From NCBI GenBank assembly GCA_021513715.1, contig CP084167.1, positions 608,001 through 672,000 on the forward strand: DNA of 64,000 nucleotides. The letters run 5' to 3'. Both the position numbers and the translations under genes were made by a program. Shown in pieces: positions 33,308-43,708 of the stretch; position 1 is the first letter of the stretch; every line of letters begins with the position of its first letter. The notes below the pieces were generated by a model. The model ran no database searches. It saw only the letters and a list, made by a program, of their open reading frames with translations, and was not told the DNA's origin. The stretch comes from Candidatus Heimdallarchaeum endolithica. Its GTDB lineage: Archaea > Asgardarchaeota > Heimdallarchaeia > Heimdallarchaeales > Heimdallarchaeaceae.

Positions 33308-34291
33308 TTATTTTTTCTTTTTTAATTTTATTACAAGCGCTGTTGATAATAATATAATTGTGGAAAAAATTGAACTCATAGAAGAAGTTTTACTTGCTAA
33401 AACTTCTAAACCTAGCTTAACTAACCATATATCAGTTTTTCCTTCACCATAAGAAGCTGTTGTTCCGCAAATAATATACTCATTATCATTCACTTGGCGT
33501 ATAGAATACCCCCCATCATAATCAGTTCCTCCAATGGTTTTTGTCCATTCAATATTTTCCTTGAAATCTGTTTTCACAACCCACAAGTCTAATAATCCAA
33601 CACTATTGGTCCATGTTCCTCCTGATATAATATAACCGTTGTCATTTGTTTGTTCAACAGCAAAACCTAAATCATCATCTGCTCCTCCAAAAGTTTTATT
33701 CCATTCGATAACTCCTTCAGGGTTAAGTTTTACAAGCATACCATCTGATTCTCCCCTTCCATAGTAGCCTGTGTTTCCTAATATTATACATCCTCCATCA
33801 TTGGTTGCAGCAATCGATCGACTTGAATCACCATCTATTCCTCCAAAAGTTTTATTCCAAGCAATATTTCCCCCAGAATCAAGTTTGATGACCCACAAAT
33901 CGCTAGAATTAGAGTTAAAAGACGATGTTTTTCCAACACCAATATAGCTACCGTCAGGATTCTGCTTAAGCGAGTATAAAATATCGTATTTCTCCCCACC
34001 AAAGGTCTTGCTCCATTCTATATTTCCCAAGGAATCAGTCTTAATAACCCAAGCATCATTTGAACCAGAACCAAAAGATTCTGTGCTACCTGCTATAATA
34101 AAACCATCATCAGATATTAGATCCACAGACCAACCATACTCAGTTTCAGGGCCTCCAAATGTTTTATCCCATTCTACCTTTGGTTCAATAGAAACAGAAC
34201 TAGAAAGAAAAGGAGAAATGAAAAAAATCGAAAACAAAGCTAGTTCAACAAGTAAATGAAATTTGATTATTTTAATTCTATAAGAATTCAA
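33308..34291 (-). CDS. Secreted beta-propeller-like repeat protein with C-terminal membrane anchor
   Basis: Repeated W(N/S/T)KTFGG..D...S....DGG.II.G.T units, signal peptide, KTS-TM-KKKK end. Confidence 0.8.
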   Translation of the reverse strand: MNSYRIKIIKFHLLVELALFSIFFISPFLSSSVSIEPKVEWDKTFGGPETEYGWSVDLISDDGFIIAGSTESFGSGSNDAWVIKTDSLGNIEWSKTFGGEKYDILYSLKQNPDGSYIGVGKTSSFNSNSSDLWVIKLDSGGNIAWNKTFGGIDGDSSRSIAATNDGGCIILGNTGYYGRGESDGMLVKLNPEGVIEWNKTFGGADDDLGFAVEQTNDNGYIISGGTWTNSVGLLDLWVVKTDFKENIEWTKTIGGTDYDGGYSIRQVNDNEYIICGTTASYGEGKTDIWLVKLGLEVLASKTSSMSSIFSTIILLSTALVIKLKKKK

Positions 34292-34468
34292 TTTTTCTTC
34301 ACCTACTTTTTGGATAGGGGTATTTAAGACTTCTAACTCAAAAAAATGAAATTCAATTATATAAAATTAATTAAATAAAATCACACTTATTCTTGAAAAT
34401 AAAGATTCTTTGATCACATATCATATTACTCAAAAAGACTTTTTTCTTTTTATGTGCTTATATAATAA

Positions 34469-34852
34469 TCACAAAAATTCAATTTCCAATTCTTTAATTT
34501 TTTCAAAGCCTTTATCCATAGTTACTATTTTCAGCTGATAGTATTTAGCTACTGTATATTGGTATAAATCATCAAAATCCAAATTTAAATAGTTTTTAGC
34601 AGTTATAATTTCATTATACCTATCAAGTGGTAGTGAAATAAGATTTATATTAACTAAAATATCACCAAGAAATTTAGAATAAATCTCTTGTTTGTGATAC
34701 TTAAATAATATTACTCCAATAGAATGAAGTGAAAAATCAGTAATATTTAAACCGTTTTTAATATTAGAATCTAAAAAACTTTTACAAATGTCTTTTTTAT
34801 TTTGTTCTAGCAATATCTCTAAAAATACATTTGTATCAACTAAGAACATCAT
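34469..34852 (-). CDS. vapC: PIN-domain (VapC-like) toxin
   Basis: FLVDTNVF...DFDD...T.D..F PIN motifs; start overlaps the antitoxin stop. Confidence 0.85.
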   Translation of the reverse strand: MMFLVDTNVFLEILLEQNKKDICKSFLDSNIKNGLNITDFSLHSIGVILFKYHKQEIYSKFLGDILVNINLISLPLDRYNEIITAKNYLNLDFDDLYQYTVAKYYQLKIVTMDKGFEKIKELEIEFL

Positions 34853-35061
34853 CTCCACTCCGATGCCTTATGTTGCAATTCAACAGAAGTAAATCTATCT
34901 TTTATATCAGATAATCCTCCTTCCCAGTCAAATTTAAATTTAGTCACTTCTTTTTTTCTATACTTATGTTTAGCTAATAAAAATTCCATATAATCTAAAA
35001 CTTCTTTTTTTAAATATTCAGGAAGTTCACGCATTTTATTCTCTATATCTTTTTCTATCAT
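34849..35061 (-). CDS. Antitoxin (DUF2281-like)
   Basis: LPEYLKKEVLDYMEFL..FDWEGGL..SVELQH, directly upstream of the PIN gene. Confidence 0.8.
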   Translation of the reverse strand: MIEKDIENKMRELPEYLKKEVLDYMEFLLAKHKYRKKEVTKFKFDWEGGLSDIKDRFTSVELQHKASEWR

Positions 35062-35334
35062 TTGTCTAACACCCTTTTTTGTAATAAGTGTTCACAATTT
35101 TTCTTTTGTTAACTTAAACGCTATTGTAATATATAGATTTCTACTTTTTTCTCGATTTAATTATTATTTATCAATAAAGAATGATCAACAGTCGTCAGCT
35201 TTGATTATTGCTTCATAACTAATTTAATCAATCAAAGAATATATTCCTTTTTGAAAATTCTTCAAAGATGTCAATTAAAGTTGTTTTAGAAAATAAATCG
35301 ATTTTATGAAAGTACAAGAATTACATCTTTCGTC

Positions 35335-35856
35335 TCAGAGAATAAAGGTTTTATTTATTTTTTCCAATTTTGGAGCGATAACAGCTCTACAATAAGCTTT
35401 GTTTTTATTCTTTTGATAGTAGTTTTGATGATATTCTTCTGCTCTGTAAAATTTATCTATTATTTTAACTTCTGTAACTATAGGATTGGGGTAATGCATA
35501 TCTAGAGTTAGTTTGAGGATATAATCTTCTATTTCTTTCTTTTGTTCCTCTTCTGCATATAGAATAATTGATCTATATTGAGAACCTATATCATTTCCTT
35601 GTCTATCTAAAGTTGTAGGATCGTGTGCTTCAAAGAATATTTCTAACAATTTCTCAAGACTGATTAAGTTATTAACGTATTCTATTTTAACCACTTCAGC
35701 GTGCCCAGTTATGCCTAAACAAATTTCTTCGTAAGTCGGATTGTCAAAGGTTCCACCTGCATATCCAGAGGTAACTTTTACAACTCCTTTGATCTGTTGG
35801 AAAACAGCTTCTATACACCAAAAGCACCCTCCTCCTAAAAAAATTGTTTTCATCAT
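35335..35856 (-). CDS. msrA: Peptide-methionine (S)-S-oxide reductase
   Basis: GGGCFWC, GYAGG, GHAE, HDPT, QYRS and AEEYHQ motifs. Confidence 0.96.
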   Translation of the reverse strand: MMKTIFLGGGCFWCIEAVFQQIKGVVKVTSGYAGGTFDNPTYEEICLGITGHAEVVKIEYVNNLISLEKLLEIFFEAHDPTTLDRQGNDIGSQYRSIILYAEEEQKKEIEDYILKLTLDMHYPNPIVTEVKIIDKFYRAEEYHQNYYQKNKNKAYCRAVIAPKLEKINKTFIL

Positions 35857-36016
35857 TAATATAATATCCAACTTTCTTTTTATTAAAGATATTTAACTTA
35901 CAAAAATCAGTAAAATTCTTGCTAATATTTGAGAGAATAGCGCTTTATTTTAATGTTTATCCAATTTCGAACTTATTCTTGAAATTAATTTTAAAAAAGA
36001 AAAAATGGATTTATTT

Positions 36017-37057
36017 TCAGCAAACTTTTCTTTTATTACTAAGTACATTTGTTGAAATACTAACAAAGAAAATCAGTAATAGGTATATGCTTAAGAAAGA
36101 TGTTTTAGCTGTTTCATCTCCATTATTGCCTGTACCAGAATTGCTTTCATTCTCCCATCCAGCCAATGTTGCCCATAACCACCAAGCAGAGTAGGCTTTT
36201 AAATTTGCATTTAGGGGTTGAGAATGAGCTGAACCACAATTATACCAATCTACTCCTTCTTCATGTGTATTTTGCCATTCAATAGCCCAATTACCAGAAT
36301 GTGTTCCATTATTCCAACTACAATCATCACTTACATTTTTGTCTCCATAATAGTTTCCATCGGGATCATAAGATTCTATATCTGCAAAGTCATATAACAC
36401 TTTATTATTCTCTTTGCAGAATTCTCTTATTTGCTCGTTCCTTTGGTGTAAGTTTCCTTCTAAACCTGTTCCATCAGTGTGACCAGTCATATAAACAAAA
36501 GTTACATCAGGAAATTCTTGCTCTAGAATGCTCATAGGTGTTAGATAGTGGTTAACTAATTCTTCCTCTGACATCCAACTTAATTGTCCACACCAGCTCC
36601 ACATTATAACATTTACATCTTTATTGTTTATATCTTGTAGAAAGGCTCTTGTAGCATTAGACCATTGAGAATAACCTGCATCAGCAGCTTGACCTGGATC
36701 AGGAGCATAACTAGCTATAGTATTATCTTCAAGAAAAGAAGAATTGTAAGAAAAGAGTCCAGGAGTTCCTCCGTTTGCTTCTTTAAAGGAAGGTAAATCA
36801 GCCATACCTGTAATTATTTGTGAACCGTGGCTGGTATGCTGATAAGCTATATGCAATTTATTCTTTGCTTCAATAATTGCTTCATCTGGAATTTGGTCCA
36901 ATCTAACCAGATTAGCTATAGAATGATCAGCTATTATTGGTGCAGTGTTAGTACTGCCAGAAACAAAACTTCCATTACCTCCAATAAATGGAAGCAAATT
37001 GATAATTAAAATAAAATTCAAGAAAAAAGAGAATTTTTTTGAAAACATCCATTTCAC
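36017..37057 (-). CDS. Secreted protein with C-terminal anchor (possible SGNH-like fold)
   Basis: Signal peptide, HTSHGSQI, MWSWCGQ, YDFADIES, KTSF-TM-KRK end, GGAG RBS. Confidence 0.7.
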   Translation of the reverse strand: MKWMFSKKFSFFLNFILIINLLPFIGGNGSFVSGSTNTAPIIADHSIANLVRLDQIPDEAIIEAKNKLHIAYQHTSHGSQIITGMADLPSFKEANGGTPGLFSYNSSFLEDNTIASYAPDPGQAADAGYSQWSNATRAFLQDINNKDVNVIMWSWCGQLSWMSEEELVNHYLTPMSILEQEFPDVTFVYMTGHTDGTGLEGNLHQRNEQIREFCKENNKVLYDFADIESYDPDGNYYGDKNVSDDCSWNNGTHSGNWAIEWQNTHEEGVDWYNCGSAHSQPLNANLKAYSAWWLWATLAGWENESNSGTGNNGDETAKTSFLSIYLLLIFFVSISTNVLSNKRKVC

Positions 37058-37156
37058 TCCTAAATTAAATAATATTAACCAAGAAACTATTTGAGTATTT
37101 CTAGTAAAAATCTAGCTGATTGATAAGTATTTATAGCAGAAATACTAAGCTTATCG

Positions 37157-37855
37157 GTGACTTATTTGGTAAAAGTAACAGTTATTAACGGTAGCCCTCG
37201 CAAACAGAAGGGTTATTCTGGTTTTATTCTCAAACCTTTTATTAACGGGATGAAAAAGGCAGGAGGAACAATAAATGTTTATTATCCTTCAGAGATGAAA
37301 ATCAAACCTTGTATTGGCAATTTAGACTGTTGGGAAAGTGGAAATAAAGAATGTATAATAAACGACGGAATGCAAGAGATGTATTCAATCTTAAAAGAAA
37401 CAGATATTCTAGCATTAGCTTCACCAGTTTATATTCCCCTACCTTCAAAGATGCAGATATTCATTAACCGTTTGTGCGCTCTTCTAAACCCTAAAACAAA
37501 GTTCATAAAAGGTCGAACTAGAGTATCTTTTCGTGAAAATGTTAAAATCTCCAAGATATTAGGTCTAATAACAGGTGGTTGGTGGGAAATAGAAAACCTT
37601 GATACTGTACAAACTATTTTTAAGGAATTTGCAAATATTGCAAGCGTTGAATTTATTGGTGCTATCCTTCGTCCCCATACTTGGTTATTAAAAGAAAATA
37701 CACAGAAAAACAAAGAAATTTTGGATAAGATAGAATCTTTAGGTAAACAAGTGATTAAAAGTGGACAGATGGATAAAAAAGATTTAGATTTTGTTAGCCA
37801 ACCTCTAACAACAGAACCTGAATTAAGAAAAATGTTGAATAAAATGCATTCTTAA
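37157..37855 (+). CDS. Flavodoxin family / NADPH-dependent FMN reductase
   Basis: INGSPRK, PCIG..CW..C, ASPVY motifs. Confidence 0.85.
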   Translation: MTYLVKVTVINGSPRKQKGYSGFILKPFINGMKKAGGTINVYYPSEMKIKPCIGNLDCWESGNKECIINDGMQEMYSILKETDILALASPVYIPLPSKMQIFINRLCALLNPKTKFIKGRTRVSFRENVKISKILGLITGGWWEIENLDTVQTIFKEFANIASVEFIGAILRPHTWLLKENTQKNKEILDKIESLGKQVIKSGQMDKKDLDFVSQPLTTEPELRKMLNKMHS

Positions 37856-37933
37856 TTAAATATCAACATTATTGTTGGGAGAGATAAACAAGAGCAAAGA
37901 ATAAAGAAAAAAGAAGCTTATAGAAGAAAGAGA

Positions 37934-39093
37934 CTAAATTATCAATACTCGTTTAAGATTTTGTTCAACTATGTTTTTGAGTAATTTTTCTGAAGTTTCA
38001 TCGAAATTTACAAATCCAGGGTCAATTTTTGAAGACTATGCAGGATTTTCTTGTTATTCTCTTAAAAGCACATTTAATACCGTTTCTAAAGTTTTATCAA
38101 ATCTTTCTCCAAAAATATATGCTTGGAGAAATCCTGTGGCTGTTGTTCCTATAACTTTGTCTTTGTAAACGACAGTATTGAGTTCAGATTTTCTTTCCAT
38201 TATTTCTTCTAAAGCTTTGGTTACACCAGATATTAAACCAGAGGTTAAATCTATAGAAACTTCTTTTTTACCTTCTTTTCCAGCCTTATTTTTATCTTCT
38301 TTTTCATCCTCTTTCTTTTCAGAAGTAAAATCATTATAATAAACAGGTAATCCACTATCAGTTGTAATCAATAATTGGTTTATTTTGGCATTAGATATCA
38401 TTATGTTAAAAGGATCAATTATTAAGGTTATAGACCAAATAAACCATCCTGCAGCCATTAAAAATGGTCGTATAGCTCTGAGTATATAATTACTAAAAAA
38501 AATGCAAAAATAACCCATATGATTATAATGATAAATCCAACCACTTGCACAAATAACTGTTTTTTAATGTCTGGATCTCCTGTTCTAAAAAGTTTTGTTG
38601 AAATAGGAAGAATAAAAGAAATAATGAAAAAAAGTAACATAGGAGCTGTAATAGCAGGAATCCATAGACTATACTTCGCAGTCCAAGCGCCAAGAGTTTC
38701 AGAATAACTCAATTCAGTAAAATCAGGTAAAATAAAAGCAAAAAATAATGCTCCACCCAAGAAACTAACGATGTTAACAACAGGATGTAAACGATTTGTT
38801 TTGAAGTAGATAAAGGAGTAAAAAACGAGAATCATACCAAGAATTAATAGACAGTTAAAAAATAACCAAATGGATGAAATTAAGTAAACATTATCAAAGA
38901 TCACCAAGTTTTAAGTAAAAAAGGATGTAATGAAACGACCTATAAAATCAAATGCCAATAAAACATAACTCATTCCCAGAAGAAAATGTGAAAGAAAGTG
39001 TGTTTGTCTGTATGTCTTAAATAAAATAAAACTGCTGGTAATAAAAGTTAGTTGTTCAAACAAAAATAATCCTAGTGAGTAATAAGAAATCAT
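37934..39093 (-). pseudogene. Degraded multi-TM membrane protein with C-terminal longin/roadblock-like domain
   Basis: Three consecutive track fragments (38911-39093, 38458-38907, 38054-38518) joined by frameshifts near A-tracts. Two in-frame stops follow, then an open tail to 37934. C-terminal part reads LLITTDSGLPVY..LTSGLISGV..LEEIM. Confidence 0.65.
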
Positions 39094-39512
39094 GTTTAAA
39101 AGAACGAGAACTAAAAATTAAATATATTGAAGAACTTTGGTGTAATTTTGATAGAAAAAACAGTTTTGCTCATCGAAGTTATCTGATTCTATCATATACC
39201 ATCAGCTTGAGTAGCTTAGTAATGTTAAAATGTTTTTGGTTTTAGTCTCCTCAATCTCTCTTCTTCTCCCACAAAATGGAATATTTATTTACTCTTTGTA
39301 TTCTATAGTACGCATTGTAAGATAAAATTAACACTATTATCAAGTTCAGCTAATTGAATTTATTCTCTAGGTAAGAGCATATCAACGATTTAAAGTTTGG
39401 AAATTTTCAACAAAATATTGAATTTTCTAATTTTAAATTTCCTTTGAATCTACTTTTTCGTAATGTTTATTATTTCTTGCTTAACTTTATTGTACACTAA
39501 GGTAAGCATCCA

Positions 39513-39935
39513 ATGAAAATAGATGAATTTAGGAAAAAAAGATATAGAGATAAATTCAATTATATTACTGATAATCTGAAATGTTTGACTGTAACTCCAA
39601 GAACTGAACTAGAAAAAAAAGGTGTTTTATATTCTGTCCATACAATAATAGAAAGTGTAATTGATCTTGTTGCAATGTTTATCAAAGATTTGGGGTACCA
39701 AGTAGAAGATGATCAAAAAAACATTTCACTATTAGTCAAAAAACTAAATTTAGAACCTGAACTTGAAATTGAATTAAAAAAAGCTAATGGGTTGCGTAAC
39801 ATTTTAGTTCATCGATATAATGGTGTTGACGAGGAAATGGTTTTGAATTCAGTTGATGAAGTTATTAGAGTTACTTCAAAATGGCTTGAAATATTTGAAA
39901 AACTATTCGTAGAGTTGTTTAATGATGAATCTTGA
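39513..39935 (+). CDS. hepT: HEPN (DUF86) toxin-like RNase
   Basis: RNILVHRY (Rx4HxY) motif; coupled to an MNT gene. Confidence 0.85.
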   Translation: MKIDEFRKKRYRDKFNYITDNLKCLTVTPRTELEKKGVLYSVHTIIESVIDLVAMFIKDLGYQVEDDQKNISLLVKKLNLEPELEIELKKANGLRNILVHRYNGVDEEMVLNSVDEVIRVTSKWLEIFEKLFVELFNDES

Positions 39936-40368
39936 AAAACTAAGAATCGATTTACAACCCTTGTCTAATTATGAAGTAGTAGTCTTCGGCTCTCAAGTTA
40001 CAGGTGGAACTAGACCTAGTTCTGATGTTGATATTGCAATTATTACTCGTGAAAAAAATAGAGAAAAAAATATTCAAATGTATAATCAAATATTAGGAAA
40101 AGTACCTTCAAATTACGATATTAAAATTTTTGAGCTCTTACCTATTCACATACAAATGAGTATAATTAATGATCATATTGTTATTTTTGGAGACAAAATA
40201 GAACTCTCTGAATATTTTTACTTTTATCGCAAGATTTGGAATGACTGTAAACATCGTATTCTAGGAGAACAGTTTAATCATTACGAAGAAAAACTAGCTG
40301 CGATGGAATGGTTCGACAAAAACAGAGAAAAGATAATTCAAAAAATAAAAAGTGAATTAAAAAAATAG
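39922..40368 (+). CDS. mntA: Minimal nucleotidyltransferase (MNT) antitoxin
   Basis: VFGS..G...SDVDIA motif; overlaps the HEPN gene. Confidence 0.85.
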   Translation: MMNLEKLRIDLQPLSNYEVVVFGSQVTGGTRPSSDVDIAIITREKNREKNIQMYNQILGKVPSNYDIKIFELLPIHIQMSIINDHIVIFGDKIELSEYFYFYRKIWNDCKHRILGEQFNHYEEKLAAMEWFDKNREKIIQKIKSELKK

Positions 40369-40416
40369 AATAGTAATGAACCAACTTCTTCTGGTAAAAC
40401 TATCTTTGTTTCTTCT

Positions 40417-42813
40417 TTAGAAGATATAAGTTTCTTTTAATATTTCAACAGTTTTGATTTGCAAAATGTTACTTTTTGCTATTGCTATTGCAATAAGATA
40501 AACTGCTAAGGGCAGGAAAATTACGAATTGAACCTCATTAAAACCAAAGTTTATTTCGAGCCAGAAGGGTATTGATATGTTGTTAATGGTTTTCTGCAAT
40601 AATATTTCGCCTAGAAATGTTAGTACGATACTGATGAAAGATACAATAGTTATCAAAAACATTAATTCGTACAACAATATCTTCATTACATCTGTTTTTG
40701 TTCCTCCTATAGCATTTAACAAAGCAAATTCTCTTTTTCTCTCATTTATATTGTGTAGTACAAAATTAAATATTCCAACTGCTAATGCTACCACTGTTAG
40801 AATTGAGAATATGTTTAACATTAAGCTAAAAGTGTCCATAATTTGGCTTAATCCTTCATAAATCACTTGTTTCAGAAAAGCTTGTTTTACTCCTATTTCT
40901 TCATTTTCTAGTTGTAGAAGTAGTTTTTCTAGTGATTCACTTTTACTTTCTTCTTGTGTAAAAGTTACTGCCAGGGTGTTGTAGGGATTTTGTGTAGAGT
41001 TTATTTTATCAGCTAGGAAATCGATGTCTACTAAAAAGGTCATTGAATTCTGCATAACTGTGCTTGCTATTCCACAGATCAATAGTTCTTCTTCGAATTT
41101 CCATTTAAGGTCAAGTTTGGAAGATATAGTTATAGTTTCATTAACTTTCAAATTCTCTAATTTAGCAAATTTCTGAGAGATTACAATTGCTTTTTCTCCT
41201 TCGTTTGGTAATCTTCCTTTGACTATTCTTGGAACATAAAGTTCTCTTTCTTTAGTTGTTCCAACTAAAAGTATTGTATCATTAAGTTCTAATTTTTTAT
41301 TATCTAAAGTTATATTTGTTTCTCCTCTTACAGCGTAAGTCCAGAGATAACCTTCCATTTTTTGAATGTATGGCTTATCAGCTAAAGAACTAATATTTTC
41401 TTGATTTACAAGTTTGCTTGTAAATATTAATCCATCATATTGATTAGCTTCTTGAAATGAGTCTTTTATTGTTCCTACCAGCTGATTAGATACAAAAACT
41501 ATTGTAGCAGCTGCAGAGGTGGCTATTCCTATTCCTAAAACTAGCGCTACAACTTGTTTCTTTTTTCTTACTAAATATCGCATACTGTACAGGAAAAGGC
41601 TGGATAAAGAGGAAACCTTTTTTTTACTCTTTCCTTTCTTTTCTTTCATTTCTTTATTTCCAAAACCTATTTGTAATGCTTCCATTGTAGCCAATTTATA
41701 GGCTTTCAACGCTGGGATCATAGAAAACAAACCTAATAATGATACTGTAAGTAGAAAATTAATAGCCATTCCTTTGAAATCGATAGCAAATATAACTTTA
41801 CCAAGTATGGGATAAATGAAGAACTTAACAACAATAAAATGAATAGCTAAAGCAATCAATATTCCTGCTAAACCACCGAAAAAACTCCATATAATTACTT
41901 GATAGAAATAGTGGAGGATTACTTGTTTTTTAGAAAAACCAATTGCTTTCATTACTGCTGTTTCTCTATACTTTTGACTTGATTGTTGGATTAATATTGT
42001 TGTTATTATAGCCACACCAATTAATAAAATAGGATAGCCAATGATCAAAAAAATTGCTCCAATAATACTTATCTGAGATCTTATTCCTCCAGAAATTGAA
42101 ACTTGTCCTACAACTTCCCAACCGTTATTTTCTAACAAATCTGTTATTTCATTCAAAGTTTCATAAACTTGTGTAATGTCATCTACTTTAATTCGAATAC
42201 CATTGAATTCATCACTCATATTAAGTTTAGATTGTAAATATTCTAATGGAACAAAAACAAAAATGTTGCGAGGAACAGAATGAGAAACAGCCCAAGTAGC
42301 TTTAACTAAAGAAACAATTTCTAATTCAAAAGAACCATTTTCAGAGAAAACACTTAATTGTTCATCTTCTTTTAATCCTAAATAACTTGCCCCTGTTTCC
42401 TCAACAAAGCACTGATTACTGTTCAAAGTTAAGCTCTCGTCGGGTAAAACGAATTTATTCAAAGAAAAATTGTCAGGTACTCCTTCTAATGTTACTCTAG
42501 CATTTTTTTCCTCATTTAACCCTATTCCTTCGATAAAAATCCTTCTTTCAAATATTTCTATATTTTGGACTTGCTCAATCAACATCTCTTCTGTTGTAGA
42601 ATTAAAATTTCTACCCATAGTGTAAATTTCTATTTCTGCTACATTTTCCTGCTTATAGCTATTTTCCTCTGTGATATTTATCGTAGCCACTAAATTATAG
42701 TAAACAGTAGGGACACTTATCATAAGAGCCACAATAGAAGTGATTAAAATTGTCCTAGTTTTATGTTTTTTAATCTCCTTCCAAGTAAACTTTAGAACAG
42801 TCATAGACAACAA
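40417..42813 (-). CDS. FtsX/MacB-like ABC transporter permease (two repeats)
   Basis: Two extracellular domains, two TM clusters, RETAVMKAIG and REFALLNAIG motifs. Confidence 0.9.
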   Translation of the reverse strand: MLSMTVLKFTWKEIKKHKTRTILITSIVALMISVPTVYYNLVATINITEENSYKQENVAEIEIYTMGRNFNSTTEEMLIEQVQNIEIFERRIFIEGIGLNEEKNARVTLEGVPDNFSLNKFVLPDESLTLNSNQCFVEETGASYLGLKEDEQLSVFSENGSFELEIVSLVKATWAVSHSVPRNIFVFVPLEYLQSKLNMSDEFNGIRIKVDDITQVYETLNEITDLLENNGWEVVGQVSISGGIRSQISIIGAIFLIIGYPILLIGVAIITTILIQQSSQKYRETAVMKAIGFSKKQVILHYFYQVIIWSFFGGLAGILIALAIHFIVVKFFIYPILGKVIFAIDFKGMAINFLLTVSLLGLFSMIPALKAYKLATMEALQIGFGNKEMKEKKGKSKKKVSSLSSLFLYSMRYLVRKKKQVVALVLGIGIATSAAATIVFVSNQLVGTIKDSFQEANQYDGLIFTSKLVNQENISSLADKPYIQKMEGYLWTYAVRGETNITLDNKKLELNDTILLVGTTKERELYVPRIVKGRLPNEGEKAIVISQKFAKLENLKVNETITISSKLDLKWKFEEELLICGIASTVMQNSMTFLVDIDFLADKINSTQNPYNTLAVTFTQEESKSESLEKLLLQLENEEIGVKQAFLKQVIYEGLSQIMDTFSLMLNIFSILTVVALAVGIFNFVLHNINERKREFALLNAIGGTKTDVMKILLYELMFLITIVSFISIVLTFLGEILLQKTINNISIPFWLEINFGFNEVQFVIFLPLAVYLIAIAIAKSNILQIKTVEILKETYIF

Positions 42814-42817
42814 CTCT

Positions 42818-43495
42818 CTAATATTGACTATAAGGGACTACTTTTTTGTCTTTGATTGTAATAACTCTCGATGAATATTCTTTAGCAAGAGCATAATCGT
42901 GAGTAACAATGAGCATAGTTACGTTTTCTGAAACATTTAGTTCTTTTAACAACTCAAAAAGCTTTCTGGCATTTTTTTGATCCAGATTACCTGTTGGTTC
43001 ATCAGCTAACAATAAAGAAGGAGAGTTAATCAAAGCTCTAGCTATGGCTATACGCTGCTGTTCTCCACCACTTAATTGAAAGGGGAACTTGTTTTTCTTG
43101 TCAGAAAGACCCATTTTATCAAATAATTCATTAGCAGTTTGAATAATTTCTACTCTTTTTTTACCATCTAATTCAGCGGGAAGAAGAACATTCTCAAGAG
43201 CTGTAAGAGAAGAGAAAAGGTTGAAGAACTGAAAAACAATACCTATTTTCTGACGACGATAAAATGTAAGCTCTTTTTCGTTCATATTAGTTATATCTGT
43301 ATTATCAACAATAATACTACCATCATCACAATGATCTAACCCAGAAACTAAATTAATTAAGGTACTTTTACCATTGCCTGAAGGAGCAACAATAGAAACC
43401 ATTTCTCCCTTATCAACTTTCAAATCTGCTTCATTAAATATCTCAATTTCTTGAACTCCAGAATATATTTTACTAACTTTCTTTAATTCTAGCAT
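42818..43495 (-). CDS. ABC transporter ATP-binding protein (LolD/MacB-like)
   Basis: APSGNGKS Walker [24 protein letters not shown]. Confidence 0.95.
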   Translation of the reverse strand: MLELKKVSKIYSGVQEIEIFNEADLKVDKGEMVSIVAPSGNGKSTLINLVSGLDHCDDGSIIVDNTDITNMNEKELTFYRRQKIGIVFQFFNLFSSLTALENVLLPAELDGKKRVEIIQTANELFDKMGLSDKKNKFPFQLSGGEQQRIAIARALINSPSLLLADEPTGNLDQKNARKLFELLKELNVSENVTMLIVTHDYALAKEYSSRVITIKDKKVVPYSQY

Positions 43496-43708
43496 AAAAC
43501 ATCACGATTATAGAAATATTAGACTTCAATACTAGAGAATAAATACACACAATACTCTTTTTGGCAAAAGTGGAATATAAAGCTAATTATTCAAAAAAAA
43601 AATAAATCACAACCATTAATAATTAAATCATACAATTCCATTTTTCTTTATTTACCATTTAAATTGGCTTTCCTTTTAAATTAATCAATTTTATAAAAAA
43701 AAAAGAAT

